From contig CAIZXS010000017.1 of NCBI GenBank assembly GCA_903937035.1, forward strand, positions 660 to 64,659: a DNA stretch of 64,000 nucleotides, read 5' to 3'. A model generated the notes under the pieces. That model saw only the letters and a program-made list of their open reading frames with translations. It ran no database searches and was not told where the DNA came from. Position numbers and translations under genes: made by a program. The DNA is from an uncultured bacterium (GTDB taxonomy: Bacteria > Patescibacteriota > Minisyncoccia > Moranbacterales > UBA2206). Shown here piece after piece: positions 20,331 to 30,411 of this stretch (positions are counted from its first letter, which is position 1; every line of letters begins with the position of its first letter).

Positions 20331-21542
20331 ATGTCAAAAGTGCTGAAAGACAAAAAACTAATTGATGAATTTTTGGAGCGGGGGGTGGAGGCGATTTATC
20401 CTTCAAAGGAAGCGTTTCGCAAAAAATTAATGTCAGGTGAACGACTGAAAATTTATCAAGGTTTTGATCCAACCGGACCATATTTACATGTTGGGCATGC
20501 TATGGGTGTTCGGGCCTTGGGAATTCTCCAGAAGCTGGGGCACGAGGTGATTTTTTTAGTTGGCGACTACACGGCGAAAGTGGGGGACCCGGACAAAGAT
20601 ACAACCAGAAAAATGCTCACCGATGAGGAGATCGAGAGCAACATGTCAGGCTGGAAAAAACAAGCTTCACAGCTCATTGATTTTGGCGGAGAAAATCCAG
20701 TGCGATTTGAGCGAAATTATAAGTGGCTTTCGAAACTTAAATTGAATGACCTTATTAAACTTATGTCGAGCATTACGGTGCAACGGATGCTGGAACGTGA
20801 TATGTTCGAACGAAGGATTGCAGAAGGCGATCCGATCCGCCTACATGAATTTATCTATCCTTTGATGCAAGGCTATGACGGCGTAGCAATGGAAGTGGAT
20901 ATGGAGATTGGTGGAACGGACCAGACTTTTAACATGCTCGTCGGGCGCGATTTGATCAAAAGTTATCTTGGCAAAGAAAAATTTGTGCGTACGAACAAAA
21001 TGATGGACGCGCCGGATGGACGGACAATGAGCAAAACTAAAGGTAATGGAATCAATTTGGCGGACAGTCCGGAAGATATGTTTGGCAAAGCCATGTCTTA
21101 TTCTGACCAGCACATTTTGCCCGGTTTCGAGCTTTTGACATCAGTTTCTATGAAAGAAATTGAAAAAATGAAATTGGCAATGGAGACTGGCGAAAATCCA
21201 ATGATTTTCAAAAAGAAAATGGCCTATGAAATTGTAAAAACGATCAAGGGCGAAGAATCGGCACAAGCGGCACAGGAATATTTTCAGAAGATTCATTCAG
21301 AAAAAGGTACGCCTGATGAAGTTGCTGAAATCTTGATTTCAGCAGGTGAGTCGCTTATTGACGTGCTTGTTAAAAACGATTTAGCGACGAGTAAAACCGA
21401 TGCCAGAAGAAAAGTTGACCAAGGTGGGATAAAGGTGGATAATGACGTAATGCGCGATTGGCAGTTGAAATTGGACAAAAGCTTTAATGGAAAGATTTTG
21501 AAAGCGGGGAAGCGAGAGTTTAGGAAGATGAAAATTAGCTAA
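20331..21542 (+). CDS. tyrS: Tyrosyl-tRNA synthetase
   Basis: HIGH-type motif YLHVGHA; KMSKS-like TMSKT; C-terminal S4 domain. Confidence 0.85.
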   Translation: MSKVLKDKKLIDEFLERGVEAIYPSKEAFRKKLMSGERLKIYQGFDPTGPYLHVGHAMGVRALGILQKLGHEVIFLVGDYTAKVGDPDKDTTRKMLTDEEIESNMSGWKKQASQLIDFGGENPVRFERNYKWLSKLKLNDLIKLMSSITVQRMLERDMFERRIAEGDPIRLHEFIYPLMQGYDGVAMEVDMEIGGTDQTFNMLVGRDLIKSYLGKEKFVRTNKMMDAPDGRTMSKTKGNGINLADSPEDMFGKAMSYSDQHILPGFELLTSVSMKEIEKMKLAMETGENPMIFKKKMAYEIVKTIKGEESAQAAQEYFQKIHSEKGTPDEVAEILISAGESLIDVLVKNDLATSKTDARRKVDQGGIKVDNDVMRDWQLKLDKSFNGKILKAGKREFRKMKIS

Positions 21543-21544
21543 TT

Positions 21545-21700
21545 TTTTCGTGTCATCCTGAGCGAAGTCCGTACTCGGACGCAGTCGAAGGATCTATTTT
21601 CCATAATCCAAGGCTATGAATAATTCACAAAGTCTACGATAATAGTGAACAGATCCTTCGACTCCGATCCACTTCGCTCAGGATGACAATTGCGTTGGTT
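21545..21700. repeat. Composite hairpin repeat, copy 2 (most intact)
   Basis: 17-bp outer stem GTCATCCTGAGCGAAGT/ACTTCGCTCAGGATGAC; 12-bp inner stem GTCGAAGGATCT/AGATCCTTCGAC. Confidence 0.8.
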
Positions 21701-21890
21701 TTGCTGGGTTATTTTGAGAATAGCACTTGCGAAATGAGAGTGTAGCAAATCGGTCCAAAATTCCTGGGCCCAGCAATAGTTGGCAAGGAAGCAAGAGTTA
21801 GGGTCGGCCGAACTTACCCGTGCATTTCTCATTTCGCAACCCTATTTCTAAAAGATTAAAAATCAGCCTTATTAAAAAATAATATACCTT

Positions 21891-24527
21891 ATGTCAATCC
21901 TAAAAAAAATATTCGGTTCGAATGAAAGAGAGATTGGAAAGCTAAAGCCATTGGTGGAAAAAATCAATGCGCTAGAAGAGCAGATGGTCAAATTGTCTGA
22001 TGATCAGTTGCGCTCAAAAACAGTTGAGTTTAAAAAAAGAATCGCCGAAAAAGAGACGCTCGATGCGCTTTTGCCGGAAGCTTTCGCGGTTGTGCGGGAA
22101 ACGGTGAAGCGAGTAGATGGAAAGCGGCTGTTTGATGTGCAGATGATGGGTGGTATCGTTCTTCACAATGGAAAAATTGCTGAGATGAAAACTGGCGAAG
22201 GAAAAACTCACACTTCACTTCTTCCAATGTATCTCAATGCGCTCACTGGCAAAGGCGTTCATCTGGTGACCGTGAATGATTATTTGGCTAGACGTGACTG
22301 TAATTGGATGGGTGGGATTTTATATTTCTTGGGAATTTCGACGGCTTGTATCATTCATGATGCGTCATATATTTATCAACCAAAAGTGGAGGATGATGAT
22401 GAGGTGAGCGTAGAGATGGAAAACTTGGTGCCAATAGCACGCCGTGAAGCCTATGCCGCTGACATTACCTATGGTACGAACAATGAATTTGGTTTTGATT
22501 ATCTGCGCGACAATATGGTGCCGACCTTGGAGCACATGGCTCAGCGCGATTTGAATTATGTGATTGTGGATGAAGTGGACTCAATTTTGATTGACGAAGC
22601 TAGAACTCCGCTCATCATTTCTGCAGCGGACAGTGAATCGACAAAAATGTATGAGCAGTTTGCGACGCTTGTCCCGAGATTGAAGAGAGAAGATGATTAT
22701 ACTGTTGAAGAAAAAACTAAATCGGTAACTATCACAGAAAGCGGAATTGCAAAGATTGAATCGTGGCTCAATGTTGGAAACATCTATGAAGCAGGGAAAA
22801 TTACCTATGTGCATCACTTGGAACAAGCATTGAAAGCCCAGGTTATTTTTCAATTGGATCGGGACTATGTCGTGAAAGATGGTGAGGTGATTATTGTGGA
22901 TGACTTCACGGGGCGCCTCATGCCTGGACGACGTTATAGCGAAGGGTTGCATCAAGCGATTGAAGCGAAAGAGCATGTGCGGGTGCAAAAAGAATCGAAG
23001 ACTCTTGCGACCATTACGTTCCAGAATTATTTTCGGATGTATAATAAAATTTCTGGTATGACTGGAACTGCGTCGACTTCAGCAGAAGAATTTTTCAAAG
23101 TGTATAAGATGGATGTGACGGAAATTCCCACTAATCGTCCGGCTATTCGCAAGGATATTCCCGATGTTGTTTATAAGTCAGAAAAGGGGAAATTTAATGC
23201 GATTGTGGAAAAAATCAAAGAAGTGAATAAGCTTGGCCAGCCAATTTTAGTTGGAACAATTGCGGTGGAAAAATCTGAATATCTCAGTACTTTGCTTTTG
23301 AAATCTGGTGTTCCGCACGAGGTGCTTAATGCGAAAAATCATGAACGTGAAGCGCAGATTGTGGCTAAAGCGGGACATGTCGGTTCGGTGACGATTGCGA
23401 CTAATATGGCAGGTCGTGGAACTGACATCAAGCTTGGCGAAGGCGCGCGTGAGCTCGGAGGACTCTTTATTTTGGGAACAGAGCGGCATGAGGCGCGGCG
23501 CATTGACAATCAGCTCCGCGGTCGGGCGGGACGACAGGGGGACCCTGGTGCTTCGCAGTTTTTTGTTTCTTTGGAGGATGAGTTGATGCGTCGTTTTGGC
23601 GGAGATAATCTCATTAGTCTCATGACAAAACTTGGCCTTCCTGAAGATCAGCCGATTCAAAATCCGATCATATCGAGAACCATTGAAAATGCACAATCGA
23701 AAATTGAAGGTTTTAATTTCGATATCAGAAAGCATATTTTGGATTACGATGACGTGATGAATAAGCAACGTGAAATACTATACAAAAAAAGACGCGCCGT
23801 TCTCGAAGCAACCAATATCAAGCCTGAGATTATGGATAATATTCGCGATGAGATTGAAGGAGCAGTTTCTTCAAGCCTCACCGCCGAAGATGGCAATCTG
23901 GAGGTTGAAAAAATTGCGGAAAATATTCATGGTATGATGGTACTTTCTCCTGACGTGCAAGTTAAGCTCAAAGAAATAGTTGAAGATAGAAATAAAAATA
24001 CTGCAGAACTTATTGGCGCTGCGACGGAATATCTGGCTGGTTTTGCTAAAGAGGTTTATAATCGCAAGGAGAAGGAATTGGGGGAAGCAAATATGCGCTC
24101 GATTGAAAAAAGCATAGCACTTCAAACAATTGATGTGATGTGGATGAGTCATCTTGACGAAATTGATTATCTGCGCGAAGGCATCGGTCTTCGTGGCTAT
24201 GGCCAACGTGACCCATTAGTGGAATACAAACGAGAAGCGTTTTCGATGTTTTCCTATTTGATGGAAAATATCAAATCGACCATTACCCATACAATCTTTC
24301 GCGTTTCGGCTGCGCCAGTAGAAGTGGAAAGAACTATCCCAGAAAAAAATCTTAATTTTAGCGGAGCGGAGGAGTCGGAGTCATTTGCTTCGGCGCGAGA
24401 AATTCAAGATGGTGAGGTTCGTGAAGCACCAAAGCAAAAACCAATTATTAATGATGACAAGATTGGTCGAAATGATGCCTGCCCTTGCGGATCAGGGAAA
24501 AAATATAAGAAGTGTTGCGGCAAATAA
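21891..24527 (+). CDS. secA: Preprotein translocase ATPase SecA
   Basis: Length and DEAD-like motor motifs consistent with SecA; C-terminal zinc finger CPCGSGKKYKKCCG. Confidence 0.95.
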   Translation: MSILKKIFGSNEREIGKLKPLVEKINALEEQMVKLSDDQLRSKTVEFKKRIAEKETLDALLPEAFAVVRETVKRVDGKRLFDVQMMGGIVLHNGKIAEMKTGEGKTHTSLLPMYLNALTGKGVHLVTVNDYLARRDCNWMGGILYFLGISTACIIHDASYIYQPKVEDDDEVSVEMENLVPIARREAYAADITYGTNNEFGFDYLRDNMVPTLEHMAQRDLNYVIVDEVDSILIDEARTPLIISAADSESTKMYEQFATLVPRLKREDDYTVEEKTKSVTITESGIAKIESWLNVGNIYEAGKITYVHHLEQALKAQVIFQLDRDYVVKDGEVIIVDDFTGRLMPGRRYSEGLHQAIEAKEHVRVQKESKTLATITFQNYFRMYNKISGMTGTASTSAEEFFKVYKMDVTEIPTNRPAIRKDIPDVVYKSEKGKFNAIVEKIKEVNKLGQPILVGTIAVEKSEYLSTLLLKSGVPHEVLNAKNHEREAQIVAKAGHVGSVTIATNMAGRGTDIKLGEGARELGGLFILGTERHEARRIDNQLRGRAGRQGDPGASQFFVSLEDELMRRFGGDNLISLMTKLGLPEDQPIQNPIISRTIENAQSKIEGFNFDIRKHILDYDDVMNKQREILYKKRRAVLEATNIKPEIMDNIRDEIEGAVSSSLTAEDGNLEVEKIAENIHGMMVLSPDVQVKLKEIVEDRNKNTAELIGAATEYLAGFAKEVYNRKEKELGEANMRSIEKSIALQTIDVMWMSHLDEIDYLREGIGLRGYGQRDPLVEYKREAFSMFSYLMENIKSTITHTIFRVSAAPVEVERTIPEKNLNFSGAEESESFASAREIQDGEVREAPKQKPIINDDKIGRNDACPCGSGKKYKKCCGK

Positions 24528-24579
24528 GAAGTTGAGCGAAGCGAAATCCGCCTTGGGCGGATGTTGCGTAAAATAGTTC

Positions 24580-25047
24580 ATGAAACAACCAAAATTCAAA
24601 CCAAAGCCAGGTCAAGTTGATTTCACCAATGCGCGGTGGGCGCCGGTGATGAATTGCGTTTTGAAATATCAAGGAAAAATTCTGATCGTGCAAAGGAGTA
24701 AAGGGTTGAATTTCTATCCTGAATATTGGAACGGTATTTCTGGATTTTTGGATGATGCGAAAAGTTTAAAGCAGAAAATTCAGGAAGAGCTAAAGGAAGA
24801 GTTGGGAATAGCAAAAAGCAAAATTGCCAAGATTCAGTTGGGTGAGATATTCGACCAAGAAGAGTCGAAATATGGCAAAACTTGGATTGTTCATCCGGTC
24901 TTGGTGGAGGTGACGACAGACAAACTCAGACTTGACTGGGAGGCAAAGAATTATGAGTGGGTTAAATTATGCGAAATTAAAGGATTAAAGCTTTTGCCAG
25001 GATTTTTGGAGGTTTTGAAAAAGTTAGAAAAGTGGATTGCCAAATAA
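24580..25047 (+). CDS. NUDIX family hydrolase (divergent Nudix box)
   Basis: GFLDDAKSLKQKIQEELKEELGI is a degenerate Nudix box. Confidence 0.5.
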   Translation: MKQPKFKPKPGQVDFTNARWAPVMNCVLKYQGKILIVQRSKGLNFYPEYWNGISGFLDDAKSLKQKIQEELKEELGIAKSKIAKIQLGEIFDQEESKYGKTWIVHPVLVEVTTDKLRLDWEAKNYEWVKLCEIKGLKLLPGFLEVLKKLEKWIAK

Positions 25048-25058
25048 GAAATACTAAA

Positions 25059-25484
25059 ATGGAAAATAAGCGACAACTAATCGTGGTTATCGCCCTTATC
25101 AAAGACGAAAACGGGAATACTCTACTACAAAAACGGGTGGATGCTATGATTCCTAGTGCGGATGGAAAATGGGAATTTCCTGGTGGGAGAATTGATTATG
25201 GGGAATCGCCAGAAGATGCTATAAAAAGAGAGTGTGGGGAGGAAATTGGCTGTGAAATTGAAGTGGAGGGATTGCTTCCGTTGGTGCAATCGACGATATG
25301 GAAAAGAGCTGATGGAGATAGTCAACACGTTTTGGTTTTTTGTTATCGGGCGAGACTTAAAAAAGGAACGCCAAGTCCGCTAGATAAAAAGGTCTCTGAA
25401 GTTAGATGGTTTTCGAGTGAAGAGATTGTCGAGCTAAATACCTTAAGTGGAATCAAGGAGCTTATTGAATTATCAAATAAATAA
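25059..25484 (+). CDS. NUDIX hydrolase
   Basis: Canonical Nudix box GGRIDYGESPEDAIKRECGEEIG. Start set at the MENKRQ methionine; the ORF extends to 25032. Confidence 0.75.
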   Translation: MENKRQLIVVIALIKDENGNTLLQKRVDAMIPSADGKWEFPGGRIDYGESPEDAIKRECGEEIGCEIEVEGLLPLVQSTIWKRADGDSQHVLVFCYRARLKKGTPSPLDKKVSEVRWFSSEEIVELNTLSGIKELIELSNK

Positions 25485-25487
25485 CAA

Positions 25488-25958
25488 ATGTATAAAATTT
25501 TTAGTTTTGAAAAATCCATTGGAGCAGTAGTTTTCCGGCGAGAAGGCGAGAAAGTTAAATATTTGCTTTTGCGTTATCCCGGTGGTCATTGGGGATTCAT
25601 CAAGGGTCATGGTGAAAATGATGAAACTGACGAGGAAACATTGCGCCGAGAGGCAACCGAAGAAACGGGTTTGACTAACTTGATAATTAAGCCGGGTTTT
25701 TTGGGTCAAGAAAAATATTATTATACAGCGAAAAATGAGGAAAAAGAAAAAAGATTGAAGGCTGAGAGGGGCTGGATGATTTTCAAAAAAGTCTTATATT
25801 ATTTAGCTGAGACGGATCAGGCAAAAATCCTATTATCGCATGAGCACAGGGATTATATTTGGATGGAGTATCATCAGGCGATAAATCGCGTGAGCAATAG
25901 TAACTCGAAAAAAGTGCTCGAAAAAGCTAATAAATTTTTGATTGAAAATGGTGGGTAA
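25488..25958 (+). CDS. NUDIX hydrolase
   Basis: Nudix box GHGENDETDEETLRREATEETGL. Confidence 0.75.
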   Translation: MYKIFSFEKSIGAVVFRREGEKVKYLLLRYPGGHWGFIKGHGENDETDEETLRREATEETGLTNLIIKPGFLGQEKYYYTAKNEEKEKRLKAERGWMIFKKVLYYLAETDQAKILLSHEHRDYIWMEYHQAINRVSNSNSKKVLEKANKFLIENGG

Positions 25959-26003
25959 TAGGGTGCTATTGCCAAATTATCAGTTTCAGGTAGAATAGAA
26001 TTT

Positions 26004-27686
26004 ATGAATAGTCGACAAAAACTCAGATTGAAATTTTCCCTTGTGATTGTCCTTGCAATCCTAGCGGGACTCATAGCTTATCCTCAGGCGGTATCGAAAA
26101 TACCTCGTCTTTTTGGTATTTTGGATAAACCTAAGGTTAATCTGGGATTGGATTTGCAAGGCGGAATTCATCTGGAGTATAAGGCTGATACAAGCAAGGT
26201 GGACAGCGCTCAGGTGGGGGACGCTATGCAAGCCGTGCAAGATGTCATTGAGCGCCGTGTTAATGCTTTCGGAGTGGCGGAGCCTGTAGTCTATACGACA
26301 AAATCTGGAGGAGAACAGCGCTTAGTTGTGGAGCTCGCTGGCGTGAAGGATATTAATGAGGCCAAGAAAATGATTAGTGAAACTCCATTTTTGGAATTCA
26401 AGGAGGAGAAAATGACTGAGCCGGAAAAAATTCCCGAGGAAATCATCACTAGTGCTAATGAAAAAAGCAAAGCAAAAGCGGAAGATATTTTAAAAAAGGC
26501 TTTGGCGGGAGAAGATTTTGCCGTTCTAGCGAAAGATAATAGCCAGGATCCTGGATCGAAAGATAATGGGGGTGTTTATGATTTTCAAAAAAAAGGTTCA
26601 TTTGTGCCTGAATATGAAGCGGTGATTTTTGATGAAAATGTTAAAAATGACGAGGTGTATTCGAAATTAGTGGAAACTCAATTTGGTTGGCATATTATTA
26701 AAAAAATTGAAATCAAAGGAGATGGGGACGATCGTGAATTCAAGAGCGCACATATTTTAATTTCCAAAATGACGCAACCACAGCCACAGATGGATTTTGC
26801 CTCAACGGGACTTTCTGGCAAGAATCTGAAAAGTGCTAGCGTGCAGTTTAAAAGCCAGGGCCTTTCTGAGCCGGAAGTTTCTTTGAAATTCGACGACGAA
26901 GGCACAAAACTTTTTGCGGATATTACCAAAAAGAACATTGGGAAACGTGTAGCGATATATCTAGATGGAGAAATTATTACCGCGCCAACCGTGCAGAGTG
27001 AAATATTAAATGGTGAAGCCGTTGTTACGGGAAATTATACCGTCGAAGAGGCGAAGACTTTAGTTAAGAGACTAAACGAAGGTGCATTGCCAGTGCCTAT
27101 CAGCTTGGTGAGTCAGCAGTCAGTTGAAGCAACTCTTGGCCAGGTTTCGCTTGAAAAGAGTTTGAAGGCAGGAATGATTGGCTTGCTTCTTGTGATTATT
27201 TTCATGCTCATCTATTATCGCTTTTTGGGATTGATTGCTTCTGTGGCACTCCTTATTTATTCAGCTTTAATGATTAGCATCTTCAAGTTATCTGGTTTTA
27301 CACCATGGCAGATTACACTTACTCTTCCAGGAATCGCAGGGTTTGTGCTTTCGATTGGAATGGCGGTAGATGCGAATATTTTAATTTTCGAGCGGACCAA
27401 AGAAGAGGTGCGCAAAGGTCGCAATATTTTGAGTGCAATCGAGGAAGGTTTTAAGCGCGCTTGGACTTCGATTCTGGATGGCAATATGTCATCCATTATT
27501 ACGGCTTTAATTTTGGTAGAAATGGGAACAGGATTTGTGAAAGGTTTTGCAGTTACGCTTATCATTGGAGTGCTTGCCTCAATGTTCACGGCAGTTGTCA
27601 TCACAAGAACAATTTTGCGCTTTATTTTAGGGCCGTGGATTGAAAACAGAATGTGGTTAGTGGGCGCTAAGAAAAATGAATCATAA
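26004..27686 (+). CDS. secD: Protein translocase subunit SecD with a parvulin-type PPIase domain inserted in the periplasmic P1 domain
   Basis: SecD N-terminus LGLDLQGGIHLEY and C-terminal TM bundle. Between them, DFAVLAKDNSQDPGSKDNGGVYDF...FGWHIIK is a PpiC/parvulin signature. Confidence 0.8.
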   Translation: MNSRQKLRLKFSLVIVLAILAGLIAYPQAVSKIPRLFGILDKPKVNLGLDLQGGIHLEYKADTSKVDSAQVGDAMQAVQDVIERRVNAFGVAEPVVYTTKSGGEQRLVVELAGVKDINEAKKMISETPFLEFKEEKMTEPEKIPEEIITSANEKSKAKAEDILKKALAGEDFAVLAKDNSQDPGSKDNGGVYDFQKKGSFVPEYEAVIFDENVKNDEVYSKLVETQFGWHIIKKIEIKGDGDDREFKSAHILISKMTQPQPQMDFASTGLSGKNLKSASVQFKSQGLSEPEVSLKFDDEGTKLFADITKKNIGKRVAIYLDGEIITAPTVQSEILNGEAVVTGNYTVEEAKTLVKRLNEGALPVPISLVSQQSVEATLGQVSLEKSLKAGMIGLLLVIIFMLIYYRFLGLIASVALLIYSALMISIFKLSGFTPWQITLTLPGIAGFVLSIGMAVDANILIFERTKEEVRKGRNILSAIEEGFKRAWTSILDGNMSSIITALILVEMGTGFVKGFAVTLIIGVLASMFTAVVITRTILRFILGPWIENRMWLVGAKKNES

Positions 27687-28587
27687 AAAAATGCTTAATA
27701 TCATTTCCAAAACCAAATACGCCTATATTTTCTCTATCACGCTAACAGTGCTTTGCATTGGTGCGCTCTTTACTTGGGGATTAAAATACGGGATTGATTT
27801 TACGGGGGGAACTTTAATAGAGGTAAAATTTGAAAACAGTCTTCCAGCTAATCAGGAGCTAGAAGATGTTTTAAAAGATTTAAATCTCAAAAGTCTCACT
27901 TTGCAATCGACCGGGAATAATTCTGTACTCATTCGCTATGCTTCTGAAGATGATAAAATCAACCAAACTGTTCTGGAAGCTTTGTTGAAGAAATATCCAG
28001 AATCGAAAAATTTGCGAACAGATTATGCTAATGCCTCAGTTTCAAGCGAGCTGAAAACCAAATCCCTAATGGCGATTTTTTGGGCAGTGGCAGGCATTAT
28101 GGCCTATATCGCTTGGGCTTTCCGGCGTGTGTCGCACCCAGTGGCATCCTGGAAATATGGCGCAGGAGCTGTGGTCGCGCTCCTTCACGATATTCTCATT
28201 ACGGTGGGAGCTTTTTCGGTTTTAGGTCATTTTTGGGGTGTTGAGGTGGGCGTGCCATTCGTGGCGGCGCTTCTCACTATTTTAGGCTTCTCAGTTCATG
28301 ATACGATTGTGGTTTATGATCGCACGCGAGAAAATCTGCAAAGAAGTTCAGCTAAGGAGAAATTCCCTGAAATCGTCAATCGTAGTCTCAATGAAACTCT
28401 AGTTCGCTCAATCAACACCTCACTCACCGTGATTATAACGCTGCTTGCAATCTATATTTTCGGCGGAGAATCAATTAAACATTTTTCTTTGGCGCTACTG
28501 ATTGGAATAACTTTCGGAACCTATTCATCGATTTTTATTGCTTCAGCGCTACTTGTGACAAGTTATAATTTACAAATTAAAAAGTAA
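27676..28587 (+). CDS. secF: Protein translocase subunit SecF
   Basis: GIDFTGGTLIEVKF plus six TM helices. Confidence 0.88.
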   Translation: MNHKKMLNIISKTKYAYIFSITLTVLCIGALFTWGLKYGIDFTGGTLIEVKFENSLPANQELEDVLKDLNLKSLTLQSTGNNSVLIRYASEDDKINQTVLEALLKKYPESKNLRTDYANASVSSELKTKSLMAIFWAVAGIMAYIAWAFRRVSHPVASWKYGAGAVVALLHDILITVGAFSVLGHFWGVEVGVPFVAALLTILGFSVHDTIVVYDRTRENLQRSSAKEKFPEIVNRSLNETLVRSINTSLTVIITLLAIYIFGGESIKHFSLALLIGITFGTYSSIFIASALLVTSYNLQIKK

Positions 28588-28616
28588 CATCTCAAAATTA
28601 AAAACAATTTTGAGAT

Positions 28617-28940
28617 TTGCATTTTTCATTTACTATGTGGAACCCATTTAAAAAAAATACCGGAACAAACGATGATCAAAGCTCTGGCGTTGTAAAAGCT
28701 GCTTCTGCGAAAGTTGATGATAAGAAAAAGGAAGATGATTCGCCGAAAATGAATATGCTTCAGCGATTGGCAATGAAAAGAATGGAGCGGATGAGCCCGC
28801 AGGAAAAGGCCAAAATGATGCAGGAGGTATTGAAACCTGAGAATAAGGATAAATTGCTCGGTGCAATGGAGATGATGCGAAAGAGTGGACAGATAACACA
28901 GGAGCAATATGATATGGCAAAGCAAAAAATGGACATATAA
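28617..28940 (+). CDS. Hypothetical charged protein
   Basis: 107 aa, K/E/M-rich. Confidence 0.35.
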   Translation: MHFSFTMWNPFKKNTGTNDDQSSGVVKAASAKVDDKKKEDDSPKMNMLQRLAMKRMERMSPQEKAKMMQEVLKPENKDKLLGAMEMMRKSGQITQEQYDMAKQKMDI

Positions 28941-29234
28941 TTTTGATATATTTTGTCGCCCCTAGCTATTGGACCGGGGCGATAGTTCCTTTATTTCAAG
29001 TATCAACCTTTAACGATAGGAGTTTGCGCAATGAAATTAATTAGCGACACGCAGAGTTGTCTTTCAAGCGGGGGTAAGAAAGTGACTTGGTTGGGGATAT
29101 TCGGCTCTTTGGTAATTCCTTCTTACCATGTCAAGACAATTTGGGGCATCATTCTTATCGTCTCGGCATGCGTACTTCTCTTTCTTTTGCCGCCAGAGGA
29201 GTATCTCTGTGATAAATAACTTTGAACTTGAAAC

Positions 29235-29268
29235 AGGCGTTGGATTTTAAATCAACGCCTATTATTTT
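29235..29268 (+). terminator. Rho-independent terminator
   Basis: AGGCGTTG...CAACGCCT hairpin followed by ATTATTTT. Confidence 0.6.
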
Positions 29269-29301
29269 GACTTTTTTAGGCTTTGAAGCTAGAATAAGAC
29301 T

Positions 29302-30333
29302 ATGTTGAAAACGAAAATAGAAGAGATTAAAAAGCAGGTTTTGGAGGAAATTACGAAAGTCGGTAATAGTGACGCGCTTTTTGATTTGGAGAAAAAATAT
29401 TTGGGACGAAAAAGCGAGTTTGTGGGGTTTTTGAAAAATCTGAAAAACCTGGCACCGGAAGAACGAAAACAAATTGGCGAACTAGCCAATAAAACTAAGC
29501 TAGAAATCCTCGACATTATCAATGGAAAAAAAGCTGATTTGTCCAAAACCGGATCAAACGCAGAAAAAGAAAAAATTGACGTGACTATCTCCGGCAAGAA
29601 ACGTGGTGTGGGACACCTCAATCCGATTTCCATAGTACGCCGTGACATCGAAGATATTTTCACTGGCATGGGATTTGAAATTGCCGATGGACCGGAAATT
29701 GAAACTGAGTTCTATAATTTTGATGCATTGAATATGCCAGCTGATCATCCGGCACGTGACATTCAAGACACTTTTTGGTTGAAAAATAAAAAAGGCAAAG
29801 AAAGCCTAGCAATGCGTTCTCAGACCTCAGCCGTGCAAGCGAAGTATATGGAAAAGCACAAACCACCCTTGCGGATAATTGTTCCAGGGAAGTGTTTTCG
29901 TCGAGAAGCAACTGACACGACACACGATCATACATTTTATCAGTTTGAGGCATTGGTGGTGGGGGAAAATATTAATGTTGGACACCTGAAGCAAGTAGCA
30001 GAAGACTTTTTTTCACAATTTTTTGGGCAGGAAATAAAAGTACGTTTGCGACCGAGCTATTTTCCTTTCACGGAACCCAGCTTTGAATTTGATATTTCTT
30101 GCACTGTTTGTGGTGGGAAAGGATGCCGAGCTTGCAAATATAATAAATGGCTGGAACTTGGTGGCGCCGGAATGGTTAACCAAAATGTTTTTGAAGCGGT
30201 CGGCTATAAACGCAATCAATACACTGGCTTTGCTTGGGGCTTTGGATTGGAACGTCTCGCAATGATGAAATATAAGATTGATGATTGCCGGCTTTTTCAC
30301 TCGGGGGATTTGCGGTTTATTAGGCAATTTTAG
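29302..30333 (+). CDS. pheS: Phenylalanyl-tRNA synthetase alpha subunit
   Basis: Class II motifs FRLRPSYFPFTEPSFEFDI and GFAWGFGLERLAM. Confidence 0.92.
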   Translation: MLKTKIEEIKKQVLEEITKVGNSDALFDLEKKYLGRKSEFVGFLKNLKNLAPEERKQIGELANKTKLEILDIINGKKADLSKTGSNAEKEKIDVTISGKKRGVGHLNPISIVRRDIEDIFTGMGFEIADGPEIETEFYNFDALNMPADHPARDIQDTFWLKNKKGKESLAMRSQTSAVQAKYMEKHKPPLRIIVPGKCFRREATDTTHDHTFYQFEALVVGENINVGHLKQVAEDFFSQFFGQEIKVRLRPSYFPFTEPSFEFDISCTVCGGKGCRACKYNKWLELGGAGMVNQNVFEAVGYKRNQYTGFAWGFGLERLAMMKYKIDDCRLFHSGDLRFIRQF

Positions 30334-30349
30334 TGATCTCTACGAATTA

Positions 30350-30379
30350 CCTGCCTACTCTGCCTACCGGCAGGCGAAT
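30350..30379. repeat. GC-rich palindromic motif CCTGCCTAC-TCTGCCTACCGGCAGGCGAAT in the pheS-pheT spacer
   Basis: Same CTGCCTAC/GGCAGGC unit as in mnmA, the pseudo-tRNA-Tyr D-loop and repeat R6. Confidence 0.7.
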
Positions 30380-30411
30380 TAATACGAATGTGCGAATGAT
30401 TTTTTAATAAT

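Noticed and set aside
21717-21850. SRP RNA
   Set aside because: GGAAGCA is present, but the conserved helix-8 GGAA tetraloop and symmetric loops could not be recognised. Kept only as a low-confidence structured-RNA candidate.
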